A DNA stretch of 62,713 nucleotides, counting the filler, from Choristocarpus tenellus KU-1152 (Eukaryota; Protista; Phaeophyceae): assembly GCA_964200185.2 (NCBI GenBank). It is 12 parts of 12 records of this genome, joined end to end, with 100 filler letters (N's around TTAATTAATTAA, not from the genome) between each part and the next. Parts side by side here need not be neighbours in the genome. Positions count along the whole stretch, not along the records: positions 1 to 3,186 come from CAXNAD020021687.1; positions 3,287 to 12,109 come from CAXNAD020004291.1; 10 more parts are not named here. One strand, 5' to 3'. How positions within the stretch are numbered: position 1 is the stretch's first letter; each line of letters starts with the position of its first letter. The translations under genes were made by a program, and so were the position numbers. Below are positions 1-12,209 of this stretch, in pieces. The notes below the pieces were generated by a model, which did no database searches, had not been told where the DNA came from, and worked only from the letters and a program-made list of their open reading frames with translations.

Positions 1-682
1 ATGATCAAATATCAGGTCCCCTACCATATATGAAGTACCATACATAAACTTTGTGTAGAGTCCAACTGAAATATACAGAAACATATATCTGGCTCTACCT
101 TTCCTCCATTACTCCACCTGCATTTCCTAATCTACTCCACCGAAGGTGTCTATAGTGTACCAGCAGCACTATCTACGAACATATGCCACGAAGAGCGTGA
201 GTGCCCAGTAGATGTTCGATCTAGGGAGAGGATGAGAAGAACTTCTGTCAGGGAGGCTATGGAAGGAGCGAGTCTAGTATCTAAGGAAACTCCTCCTCTC
301 CTACATGAATCTGAATCGCAGGAGGTGAAAGATATCAGTTCGAAGTTGAAAAGGTTAGAAGTCTTTATCGGAACCTCTTTTTTCGGCCATGTATCGCCCT
401 CCCTGTGGCTGTCTTCGATTGTATTTGTTGTTTTTTTACATCTTCCTTTGTGCGAGTTTGTTCCCCATATGTCTTGTGTGTTTTAGGGCATAACCACAGT
501 AGTCAAGTGACAGGTGTGATGTAGTGTGCAGACTGGCGTTTGATAGAAGAGCTATTGAAGCTAGAGAGGATCTTACTGCATGGTAGGTCAGGTGGTTTTG
601 AGGGAGTCAATTAGTGCCACTCTTTCCCAATTATTCACTTTATTAGACTTGGCACTAGCGATATTTGGTGGATTGCACGCGA

Positions 683-1075
683 TGCAACATGGTGTTGCCA
701 TGAACCTGCAAGAGAAAGTACCCAGGAGTATGTTCGTGGAGATAGGATAGGTAGGAGGTGACAGTCCCGTTTTGTTACTGTATTCTAATGACTTGTAGTG
801 ATATGCGAGGGAGATTTCGTGGAAAGTGAAGCGCAACATGATATTGTGAAGGAAGGACCTGCAAGAGAAAGTACCCGACATTTTTTCCACACGAGACTGC
901 AATATGACAGTAGATATGAATAGCGTCTGTACTCCAATGACTTTGTAGTAGTGATGTGCCAGAGAGATTTCGTGGGTCATGGGAGACGCAACGTGGTATT
1001 GCCAAGGACCTATAGGAGAAAGTACTCGATAATGTTTCCACCCAAGTCTGCAATAGGACAGACGAGTAGTAGATT
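683..1075. repeat. Degenerate ~152-bp tandem repeat, about 2.5-3 units
   Basis: Anchor (G/A)ACCT(G/A)(C/T)A(A/G)GAGAAAGTAC recurs at ~705, ~858 and ~1009 (spacing 153 and 151). Flanking GCAAC(A/G)TG and GAGATTTCGTGG blocks are also repeated. Confidence 0.75.
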
Positions 1076-2246
1076 AATGACTCATTTCTAAATCCATGTG
1101 ATCCAACATCAACATGGATGTTAGGATGTATTAGTAGAGTATTGTTTGAGAATGTTGTAGAAGTTTTTCTATTATCTTGGAGAAGTTGATTTTTAGGGTG
1201 TATAGTGACTCCGCAGCAAAGGAGAGGGTTCGTGGCTAGTGCTGCTGATACACTACAGACACCACTGGTGGGATAGTTTATAGGATGGATTGATAGTGAA
1301 GGATATACCAAATGTATCGACTTAATGGTGTGCAGTGATTAGTATTTTGCTCTATATATGCTTGTCATACTGAAGAAAAGTGAGTGATTCATTGTATGTT
1401 AGTGTGGATGATTGCAAACCCAACAATATAGGAAGAGTGATGGGTGCAACCAGTTGTGAGTTGCTTGAGCTCTGTCAATAGTAGTAAGACTACAAGACTC
1501 TTGCAACACCAATATTATATGATCACAGCAAGCCACATGTTGTCCTCTACGAAGGCACACAATTGATAATCTTAATTGTGACTCCACTGTGGAGTATTTC
1601 AGATGATCTGCCATGCTGAGGTCAGCTCCACTGCACCACTTAAGAGGGGCCATCTTTTCTTGTCTGTCCGCATTATCCCTAGCTTTCTTTACAATCCGTT
1701 CTATTTGAGTTCTAATCTGGGAGCAAACTGATTTGATATTGTCTCTCAAAGCTTCCTTTGAGTATGCACAGGTGCAGCCCACAACCTCGGTGGACTCTTG
1801 TCTTGGTTCTCCCTATGAGATTTGATGTCAGTCTTATGCAATTCCTTGTTGCGCCACACACACGTGCCTTACGGTGGCATTCAAAATCAAAGTGATTCTA
1901 TGAACTGAACATTCACACAGGCTTGATTAGCATCCTGGTTGTGTAGTTCAGAGGTGGTACTGCAACTATCACTGTTAAAAGAAGAGAGACAATAGTACAG
2001 TATTCACAAATATGTATGTATAGTCCATGAATTCTACGTTTAGAACATATGTCGATGTGCTCTATTTGCCTAAGACCACTGATCCAGACTTTGGGGCAGA
2101 GCTACAAGCAGAGTGAATATATTGTTTTCCTTGGAGGCACTATCAGCATGATATAGTGATATATCCCTTCCGAGATCAGCAGACGGACCTAAAAACCCTG
2201 GGGGTGCTTTTTCAAAAACAGACAAGTGCTCCATGTTTTCTTCAAA

Positions 2247-2447
2247 GAGCCAAAGTATCTTAGAGGGTAGAGCCACGTCTTTTGGGGGGTCAAAATCAAA
2301 TGTTGCGGATACACCTTTTCATAATGTATACATTTTTATCTACTCCGAAACATTTGTGAGTATGAAAATGTGATAAAAATCCGTGGGAAGCCAAGCCCCA
2401 AACGGACAAAAAGGGCAAAACTCGTACCCTCTAAGATACTTTCACTC
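2247..2447. mobile_element. MITE family A, complete copy (~200 bp)
   Basis: Terminal inverted repeats AAAGTATCTTAGAGGGTA (2252-2269) and TACCCTCTAAGATACTTT (2425-2442); no ORF. Homologous copies at 25607-25854 and 30639-30774. Confidence 0.85.
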
Positions 2448-3186
2448 CAAACCAAAAGGAGACAGGGCACAGATGCTAGGACTTTGTCGTCTCAGGAGAG
2501 TGCTCTGTAGGCCACACCCTTAACCTGCTTTAGATTGAGTTAGAGAAAACCCCAAGTATGCTCACAACGTAAACTTCTACCCAGCACCCACAGAGAAGTA
2601 TATCAAAGACAAAGAGTAGTTGTTGCACTAGACATTGCACAAGGTAGGAATAACATTGTATGGTGGGAGAATATATATTTTGTCAACAGCTTTGCCCTGG
2701 AACATGACCTAGGATCAGGTGCAGAGACATCATTTTGGCGGCAGGAGGTCCAGCTGGTACACTTGTAAACTCACCCCCAGATCTTCCACAAGTGGAACCA
2801 TGGTGATGAGTGTTGTGCTGGCTCGAAAAGAGAAAAATAGACTCCCCTTTAACTAAGCCTGATTTCACCCGATGTGAGATTTCTTGTGCCAACCTAGTCC
2901 ACGATGGAACCACTACTCTTAATGATCAATAACTTGAAGTTTTCCACACAACTACAACCTACGTTCCACACTCACCTTGTGTCGATATGCAAATAGGAGT
3001 ATCTCAGCTTGTAAAATTTGCGCAAAATATTCTCTTTATATCGAAGAGATTGCACTATGTATCACATTTTGTATATAAACTTATCAGTACCATGCACTGG
3101 GAACAAATATAGGGCTAAGAACAGCCAATTTCAAAAATTGAGGATGGGCTTGACCCAAAATTGACTGGGATAAAGTGTCGATATGA

Positions 3187-3286
3187 NNNNNNNNNNNNNN
3201 NNNNNNNNNNNNNNNNNNNNNNNNNNNNNNTTAATTAATTAANNNNNNNNNNNNNNNNNNNNNNNNNNNNNNNNNNNNNNNNNNNN
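3187..3286. other. Artificial contig linker N44-TTAATTAATTAA-N44
   Basis: Exact 100-bp spacer with a six-frame stop core, repeated 11 times in the window. Confidence 0.98.
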
Positions 3287-3880
3287 CCCCCCCTCCCCCA
3301 GATACTTTGGGTCATCTCTTGGTCAAAACGTTTCCACATTTGTGCTGGTATATAGATGAATGTTTGAAGGACATTGAAATGGAAACGCGAATGGTTCCAG
3401 AGGTAGCGTGTTCCAAGTGGGTGTATAATATGGACTTTGGTTTGTGTCTAAGGTTAGATATAGCAACATGTATTGAAGAACACTGGAATTCTTCTCCGCC
3501 ACCATGTCTCTTGATTGAATGAGTACCGAATAGTGAGTGTGGTACAGAATGGAGATTGAGAGGGAAGGAAGTTTCATGGGTTTTCATTAGGGGGTGATGG
3601 TACAAGTGGCTTGCCAAGCACAAGGAATCAGATTGTCCATATCCCTGTTTATATATGCCACTTGCATGGCAGCAGCAACTACAGAATACTCTACAATTGT
3701 AGATTGATGCCTGTTCCTGAAAAGAGGGAACATATCCCTCTTTTGGCAGCATCTCGCCAACCACCCCCCTCCCCCCAATCTTCCTCTTTGTATTCGTTAA
3801 GAGTTTCCCCATCATGTAGATCACCTAACCCTGGTCCGTACCCTGATCCCAATCCTCATCCTAATCCTCTTGTAATACAG

Positions 3881-6800
3881 GTTGCAGAGGCACGTGTGTT
3901 GGACACAACATAGGGCAGGTGCGGCCATTTCACTTTACTCCACAATCAATGGTGGTCTAAGGATGTCAGGTGTTTGTTTGTGAGACCTTTGACTGCGTGC
4001 TTGTAAGCCTCAGTCTTGCCTCCACATGTTGCCTGAACATACATTGGGCTACCTATTCAGGAGTGCAAAGTCATTATTGATATCCCTGTATTTTTGATAA
4101 GAATGTATGGCTATTGTAGGAGGTGCATCACTGAAAGAAATTTCGAATTAATGTATGTATTGTATGCCCTGTAACACTCAATGTTGTGTGTTTGTGTCTA
4201 TGGTGAGAGCACATTTGGGTATCCACCTACATTCTGAGGTGTCTTAGAAAGGTCTGCCTGCCCAGTATACTTTCTCACCTACTTTCCAGACAAGTCGGCA
4301 CCTGACATCCATCTCAGTGATAGCATGTGTTGTGTTGTTTTTGGACAATCTCCACCAGGCAGATGGTTTGATGCAAGCATTTTGACCATACTTTGATACT
4401 GCTGCTGAATAGTGCATAATCGAATATGTAGTACCAACTACTGTTCATTGCAATTCCACCTTTTGAGTTGCAGTTCTCAACACCCCCACAATATTGACAG
4501 TCCAGAAAGTTCTACTTTGAAATAATCTACAATAGTAACACCTGTATGCTGTGAATACATCATAGCCTATACTGGACTATTTCTATTGGATTGCCACCCA
4601 CCAGTGTCATGAATGTTCTTCCAGTGGTATCTCAATGCCGTCCATGCATCCCATTTGTTGCAATAGCAGGCACAAATCCATTACTTTATGTCTTGCGAAG
4701 GCTCGACCACGGAGGAGATTCCACCCTTGCCAATAGGTGTGGTAGAGGCTGAGAGGACATTTGCTGGGATCCATCTCAGGCGTCGGGCTGAAGTTGAGAC
4801 CTTTTCGGAAAGGATTTGGGCTGGGATCCAGGGCAGGCGTGGGCGTGAGGCTGAAGTTGAGACCTTTTCGGGAAGGATGAGTAGGCCAACTGCTAGACCT
4901 GCACCAGGTGGGCCACAGCTACAAGGGAATACCTCTTCCAGCTCAACACAGCCTACAGGTACAGCATTTGGCAAACTAATGCAAGGGTATGGGGGGAAGG
5001 GTCGTAGTATGCAAGGTGGACGTCCAAGTAACGAGCACTTGGTCTACCACATGAATGACGATGATGAAAGGCACGGTGTCCGTAAAGATGGTAATCGTCT
5101 AGTCAGTGGTGAGACAGAAGTGTGGTCAGCTTCATCAGAGGGTGGGGTGGACTACACACTAGTGCCTGCTGCCATGGACCACAGGTGTGTTTATTTGACG
5201 GTTACAGCTTGCGTTGCTAGTGGTATGTATTTTAGTGTGTGATTGCTTGAGTAAAAGGACAACAAGAGGACGTGGGTACCAAAAAGAGTACCTCTGGACA
5301 TTTGACTCTGAGAATTCGATAGAACTAGCCGTGGGGGTGCAGGGGTGTATGTACCTTGGCCACTTTCTATGCCAATGGCATGGAGTGCCTTGACATATTG
5401 CAACAAACCTTTCAAAATGAGCCAAAAGGTAAGTGAGGAGGGCTATGTAGTCTACAATATCTGGTGTAGACGAAGGTTTCTATGAAGTTCTCCCCGTTGT
5501 GTTAAACTTCCCATCCCAGGCAGAGATTATGCTGCAGGTATCACTAGGGTCTTTTTCAAAGGAATGATGACATGTATTGAGTGATCCACCCTGTCCAGAG
5601 CGAGGAGGTTGTAAGGGGATGGTACTAGTACGACCAGGTTCTGTTTGGTGTGGATTTTGGTGTCTCCTTGAAGAAATGGACCATTTTCGTCTTGGATGTT
5701 GGTTACCCCTTGGGAGAATAGGTCATTTTTTCACAGTTATGGAACTCAAACTACAAACATTTGAAGAACAGATTGTTTAAACTGTGGTTAAGGAATGGAA
5801 TACACACTTCATCATGCATCCTTTGGAAGCACACCAGTGCCGTGGTGTAGAAGGGGGTGTAGAAGGAGGTGAAACAGAACCCTGATGATATACACCCATT
5901 CAGTGACTTCAGTGTACCTTGTATACATAGCCATTGGTTGCAGGGTATTGGCTAAAGCATGACTGCTTGAGACTTACACAAATGTGATGGTGGTAATGAT
6001 TGAACCCTACACTGTGGTTCGTGCGGAAGACTCCGATTAGTATTATGTACCAAATCGACTTGGTAGATCCAGTGGGTGGTAGAAGGAGGGATGAGGGCAG
6101 GCTAATGGGATTGCTTCAAAGTGATGGTGGTTAGACGACTGGGGGTAGACTGAGGTCATCTTGGCCTATGGGAGTCCCAACCCAACCCTGATATCCTATC
6201 TTGTCTAGTGTAAGTTTGGACATGAACTTGTTGAAGGAGTCTTGTTGCCTTTTATTGCACTCTCGAGTGTTCAATAGGCTGGTAGTGCATATCGAGGAGA
6301 GTGGGTTACTAGAGCTAGGTTTGACATGTTGGAAAGCGCACGACATGTTTTGTTCAAATTCCGCTATTGTTGAGGTTCTACGATTTTGTCAATATTCAAG
6401 CATATCAATGGACGAAGCACGAAAAAGGAAGAGAGATTAGTTATTAGTAGGTGTTGGTTGAGAGAAATTGGCTGTAACTCCAATTTGTACTCCAGGAATA
6501 TTTTCTCAGTTTGGGCCTCAAGTGTTGTCAAAATCGCCAAGGGTGGACTACAAGAATACAGTCATGGTTTATGTTATCCGAACCACATCAAGTCAACCTT
6601 ACTTGCAATACCCACCACAAAATACCACTGTCGCTGGCAAGAAATTTCTCTTGATGCACACATCTCAGTACGATCCCTGGTGCAGTTCTGACTCGGTTTC
6701 GATTTTTGATTACACTCAAACTGTACATTTCCTTGCAGTGGATCATGAAGCGCATCCTGTGAAGATAATTTGAATAGAGTGTTCATTGTACTTTCCGACA

Positions 6801-7457
6801 TGGTTGCTAAGGGTCATTCCGTGATGTTGTTGCTGAGATGCGTTGATATGAAGAAAGGGTCCTACCTGACTAACTAATACCAAAATGGATGATCGAGCCC
6901 AACCATTTGTATCCAAGTTCAAAACGATAAGAACAATGATTCTCACAGCATGCCTACAATCCATTGATGAAGTGAATTGCCGCTTAACTCCGTTGGGTAT
7001 TGCTAGATTTGAGGTGTTGGATAAGGACTCTGCACTTCGACCAACCACTATAACGGTTGGTGAAGGATGGTCAAGGCTATCCTGTAAGGGTCTGCTGCGT
7101 GAGGCAACTACAGAGGCATTGTGCCTTGAGAAGCGGAGGAGCGAGAAGAATAGTGCCATGGACCTCATTGACGCCTTGTCACGTTCTGGTGATCTCCCAC
7201 TAGGCAACAGTCAGCTGCATGTGGTGGTGACAGCCACGCTCTGCTTTGATAATACTGTCATGGATACTCTGTTGAAGACAATTGTGAATCCAATTGAACG
7301 CATGGAACGTTCTGCACTTATTGTAGCCTCTACCATCCACGAGCAGGAGGTGCCGAGTCTCCTTGCAGCAAAGGCGTACCAGCGGGTGCTTGAGTTCTCA
7401 CCCATGCTCTTTCTTGAGGCAGATGGAGAAGATGGTACTGAAGTCGCACCATTGTGA
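3881..7457 (+). CDS. 3' part of a conserved uncharacterised protist protein. Exons 4737-5184 and 7007-7457 (stop); candidate upstream exon 3881-3918; 5' end missing
   Basis: Donor AG|GTGTGT at 5184 joins acceptor TAG|A at 7007 in phase, giving VDYTLVPAAMDHR-FEVLDKDSALRPT...MDLIDALSRSGDLPL...LHVVVTATLCFD...VNPIERMERSALIVASTIH. I recall this C-terminal motif from large stramenopile hypothetical proteins, often annotated with ubiquitin-like domains (recollection, not searched). The 3918|GT to AG|4737 join is also phase-consistent. Confidence 0.75.
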
Positions 7458-9756
7458 TATATTTCCAATGTGAAGGGGCTCTGGACTCTGCTGAGTGATT
7501 GTGAAAGCAGAAGGGGGGGGGGTGAGCTTACTCTCTGGCTGTTTCTACCTGTATTTTGAGGTGTTTTTACCCTATTCAGATTTGGGTTTGGACTCGTTTG
7601 AGATGTTTGGAGGGGTGTGTGAATAAAGTAGCTTCCCCTTGTGTAACATCAATGGATAAATGTTATATGTTGTGTGAAGAGTGGAGTGACACAGATAAGT
7701 GTACAGAGGTGTAGATTGAATGAGGGGTTGTGGTAAGTATGTCATGATTCCCCCACAGTGTATTAGATGGTGGATATTGCTGTGGTGTAGTGCTATATAG
7801 TTGCTAAATAAAGTAGTTTCATTTGTTCCGTTTTTGGCATGTTGTGTGTCGTCTTCTTATAGATAGAGTTCAACCCTTTCATTTATCGTGACTATTATAT
7901 TGTTGCGGTGTGTGCATGGGATTCCACATTTCCTGGTTTCCTTGAGATTCCTTTTTTCCCACTGTTCTTTGGTGTGAAATGTATGCCTTTTTTATTCCCT
8001 TTCAAGGCGCCAAGCAATTTGTTGTGATAAGTCAAGGTCCATACAATAGTACTACTACGATGTACTCTATGGTTTTTTAGTATCACACATACATACAGAG
8101 GACGAGTATCATTGAGCTATACTCATAAGAAGATGATATTGTAGGTATCAGGTGTTATTGCAGTGTTTGATTTGTCTGAATTTGACCTTTTCTTGCCTTG
8201 GTCATTCCTCTTGTGTCACAATGAACGATTTTTGGGATGCCACACTCGTTCAGCCCAAACTTTCCATTGGGTTATACATAGAACCTAGTTTGGACTACGA
8301 ATTACACATTTGTTTTCTTCAAAATTTCAATGAATGCAATGACATTTATCACAAGAGAAAACACTCATACAATAGTAGATGAAAGTCCTTTTTCTTCAAC
8401 ATCAAGATCAAATGAGTTGCACGACTTCCCTATGCCTACAAACCAAACTAACATCAGACAAAGCACTACAACTACTAGCATAAAGACTACCACTACTTCT
8501 AAATATTAGCACTACTACTATTATGGTGTTAAAACAGTACTGCACGGGCAGTGTTCAATGTGTGGAAAGTATTTTATTCTTGTATATTTTGAATATAACT
8601 CAAATATACGACTTACACTTTGAACCAGTCGTTTGGTGTATATGAGTATCTTAGATGGAGGTGGGTCTTGTCCATTTCGTTGTTAAGGGGCTTGCTTCTG
8701 ATTGTCATGTTCTAATGCCGAAATTCAGATAGCCCCCATCAGGAGTCTGTATGTAGAGGAAATCATCCTGTGGCTAGATGTGTTGTCATTGGACTGGAGG
8801 ATGTAGGGACATCAAAATGCAATTCAGATAACAGTCACAGAGACCCCTTAACAAGATCGGCCCACCCCTTTAGGATACTTTGGCTCAATATACATGCATG
8901 CACCCTACATATGTGGATGGAACATACATATGTAGTGTATATATTTCAAACTGTGAATCTGGGTATTGTGAAAGGTTTGTGTATCGTCCCCTTGTTGGAA
9001 AGAGTAGATTCCCCTTCTATTTGTGTTAGAAAACTCTCTGAAGGCTACCATGATGAGATATGTAGCTCCAATCCACAAGCCTGCTGTAGGCGAATGACGA
9101 GGCTCATAGAAGGCGCCATTAGGTGTGTGTCGTCGATTATGTTGTATCTCTCACTTCGATTGTTCTATTTCTTTTATTGGGGGATATAAAAAGGACTACC
9201 ATCAACGCCGAAGCGAATTTATTGGCCTTACCATGAATAAATGAAATACACACAAGAGGTACAATATATAAAATCTAGGACTTCCAGGTCACTATTGCGT
9301 TTATGAAACTCCACCATCACCCATCGCCCATCACACACGTCTTTTAGATCATATGTAGAGTATGTTTACTGCTTCGATCAAGCCCGTCAAGCATCGTACG
9401 AATAGCTTGTGTGGAAGATAGAGGACGACATCCTCCTCCAACTCAATTGATGAAAAAGGTGGATTGGAGAGGTGTCTCAACATAACCCTGAACCTAAACC
9501 AAATACGTACTTCGTCCGATTCATCCAAATTGTTTGAAATAGTTACAAATTATATTTAAGCTAATGTATGTTAGTGTAGTATAAGGATCCTTACATTTGA
9601 TATTCAAACTGTACAATACTTGATGGGTGAAAAATATGTTTTTCAGAGTTAATAATTTTCGTTAGTGTCTCCTATAGAGATCTTTAAAATGTCAAAATTC
9701 ATAGTAATATAAAAACTGAAGAAGGGATAATAATATATATTGTAGTTGGTCCTACA

Positions 9757-10010
9757 GATAAGGCATACCCACTCTGAAGGTTCAATTGATCCTCGTAGTT
9801 ATATCCTCAACACCTTCGCGGTGGAAATTTTTGGGCGCCTTGGCAAGCAAGCGTAACGTTTCCTGGATGAGCTATTACACACGTGGCTGGGGGGAGAGGA
9901 ACTGGAGGGTATAGCGGAAAGTGAGCCATCAAATCCCTCCTACGCCAGATGGTCGCAGTCACAACGCAAGTAGCCCTATCTAGACGAGTCATGCGTTTTA
10001 AGCTGGAGTC
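9757..10010 (+). mobile_element. 3' remnant of a CRE-like non-LTR retrotransposon (restriction-like endonuclease C-terminus), pseudogenised
   Basis: Translates, with a stop and a frameshift, to DPRSYILNTFAVEIFGRLGKQA*RFLDEL..HVAGGRGTGG...LLRQMVAVTTQVALSRRVMRFKL. This matches the 'xAVExFGRLG ... VTTQVAxSRR' C-terminus of brown-algal RLE-type retroelements. Confidence 0.75.
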
Positions 10011-12109
10011 AATAGATCAAGATAAAACCCGAATAATCTTTCCGACAACTGGGAGAGAGAAAGGCCCGATGGAAAAGGTGGGGATGGTGAAGTGTGTAGA
10101 TCCGGACACAATGAAAGGGGTATCTGGCGAAACCCATAGAAGAAGAATTAACGAAAGACTGACAACGATATTTTGGTGGATTGAAACAAGTTTAGACGTG
10201 TAAATGATGAATTGGGGCGATTCCTACGGTAGTGGCCCTGGCAGAGATGGGAGTACATGCTAATTCGGTAGGGTATAAACGCCAATATTAGTACTCACAG
10301 CAGAAAGGAAGAGGGTCGAGAGTCCTGCCAAAGTTACAGTCTAAGGGACAGACGGGGACGAGGTGTAGAGTGCGCCGTTTATGCCACAGACAGGATGTAT
10401 CCCATGGAGCTCACGATAAAAATGAAAAAGTTGATGTGTGAGGGTAGGAGTAATGTACCTGCGCCAAAACTGTAGAGCAAGTGCAGCTTAGATATCGTTT
10501 GAAATGTAGAGCTGGGACAGATACTAGTTTATAGCGAGCAGTGATAGAGTGCGTGGGTTGCTTTTCCTCTGCGTATATTGTTCACACCAGCCCATACGGC
10601 AAAAAGAAATTGAACAGGAGGGCTTAGTGGAGGATGACGTAGAAAGGACCAACCCCGTTCAAGGGTCACGCGTGGAAGGTACGAGGCTAGTATGAGACGT
10701 TTACTAAGCATAGGCACCCTGTGAATCAGTGGCTATGTCAATATGAGTAAACATAGAATTTATGCATCGTAGCTACAAGGTGGGAGATAACGTGGTATTA
10801 GAAACAAAACAAACACGAAAACCTGTATAGATATTCCAGGGTACCGAATGAGGGCATGTGGTAGGTGCGGATTCTAGGCCGAGTGACCGTTACGAAATTA
10901 AGTATAGATGTTGTCAGAGTCACCGATGAGGGCATGCAGTAGGGGAGAATTTTAGGGTGGAGTGAATGCCACGAAAGTAAGAACTGGGGGATTGGCAATA
11001 GATTTATGTCGGCAAAAAAGAAAAGAAAAAGAAACGAGATGCGATAGCTCAAAGAAAAATGGATTGGGCGAGAGCATAATATGCAGATAAAGAAGGGCTC
11101 ACTAATATAAAGAAGGGAGAAGGGGAATGACTAACCGTAGGTCCTGCATCACCCTGCGTACAAATATGGGATAACCTTCTGAACAAAGGGCTACTGCTTA
11201 TGGTGGGAGGTTACATATGAAGACTTTAGATTGTAAAAAAAGAAGAGAAAGTAATGATAGGGACCATAGTATATGACCGTTGAAGGAGGATTCGAGGGCA
11301 TCCTTTCTACAATTAGTAAACAAGTAGTCAAAGCGAAGGAAAGTGATAAACGAAAGTATAGTGCCCAACAGTGGGAAAATCATTTCAAGTCATCAACAAA
11401 AAGGCCCGGGGGGGAGGGGGCGGGGGGGGGGGGGGGGGAAAATTCAGGTCACAGTAGCGGGGTTATATCAAATACGATGAAACGGCAGGAATGTCTCCAC
11501 AGTTCGAGTTGCACAAGGAGTCGAAATAGATGCGTTCAATTGAAAGGAGCATATAGAAATAATATGCTACATTCCCCTCATTGAGAAATATATATGTACA
11601 TATTTTTATATATACTTGTATTCTAGTGGCATATAAGTGTCTAGGGAGATGCAGTTTGTTTAGATGAGCCCTGAACCATCTTTTTTTTTTAAATGCGCGC
11701 TTTGCTGATCCTAAGTACATAATGTAACTATGAAGGTCTCACACCCGAGTCAACTCACAGGCAGCTACGACTGATCTAGGTTAGTACATGCTCATTACAC
11801 GTTTTAGTCCTTAAGGAACCCATCCAGACTAGTCCCTACCAGATTACCCAAGGCAATAATGAGGACGGTGCATGAACACTGTTCGAGCAATGGATTGATC
11901 CCGGACTAGGGGTGTGAAGGTGGACTTGAGATTACAAGTACAACACAGACATTGGAGGGAGGTGATGTCCAACAGCCTTCCAAGGTAAGAGGAGTTCAAG
12001 AACACACAGAGGGTGGGGGAGGGGGGGGGGGGGGGGGGGGAAAAGGTACTAAACAAACCCATAATAAAACCAAACTCATACCATATTAATGGTTTACTCT
12101 TACAGCCCC

Positions 12110-12209
12110 NNNNNNNNNNNNNNNNNNNNNNNNNNNNNNNNNNNNNNNNNNNNTTAATTAATTAANNNNNNNNNNNNNNNNNNNNNNNNNNNNNNNNNNN
12201 NNNNNNNNN
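12110..12209. other. Artificial contig linker
   Basis: N44-TTAATTAATTAA-N44. Confidence 0.98.

Noticed and set aside
1399-1782. 127-aa minus-strand ORF
   Set aside because: No recognisable motif or splice context.
3231-3242. TTAATTAATTAA as a biological repeat or CRISPR-like array
   Set aside because: Always centred in exactly 44+44 Ns, so it is an assembly linker.
6885-7006. Start of the 190-aa ORF as a standalone gene
   Set aside because: This part is intronic; the conserved sequence begins at the acceptor at 7007.
11721-11820. rRNA-like fragment (GTAACTATGA...CTTAAGG)
   Set aside because: Only short scattered matches to the LSU motif, with wrong spacing.
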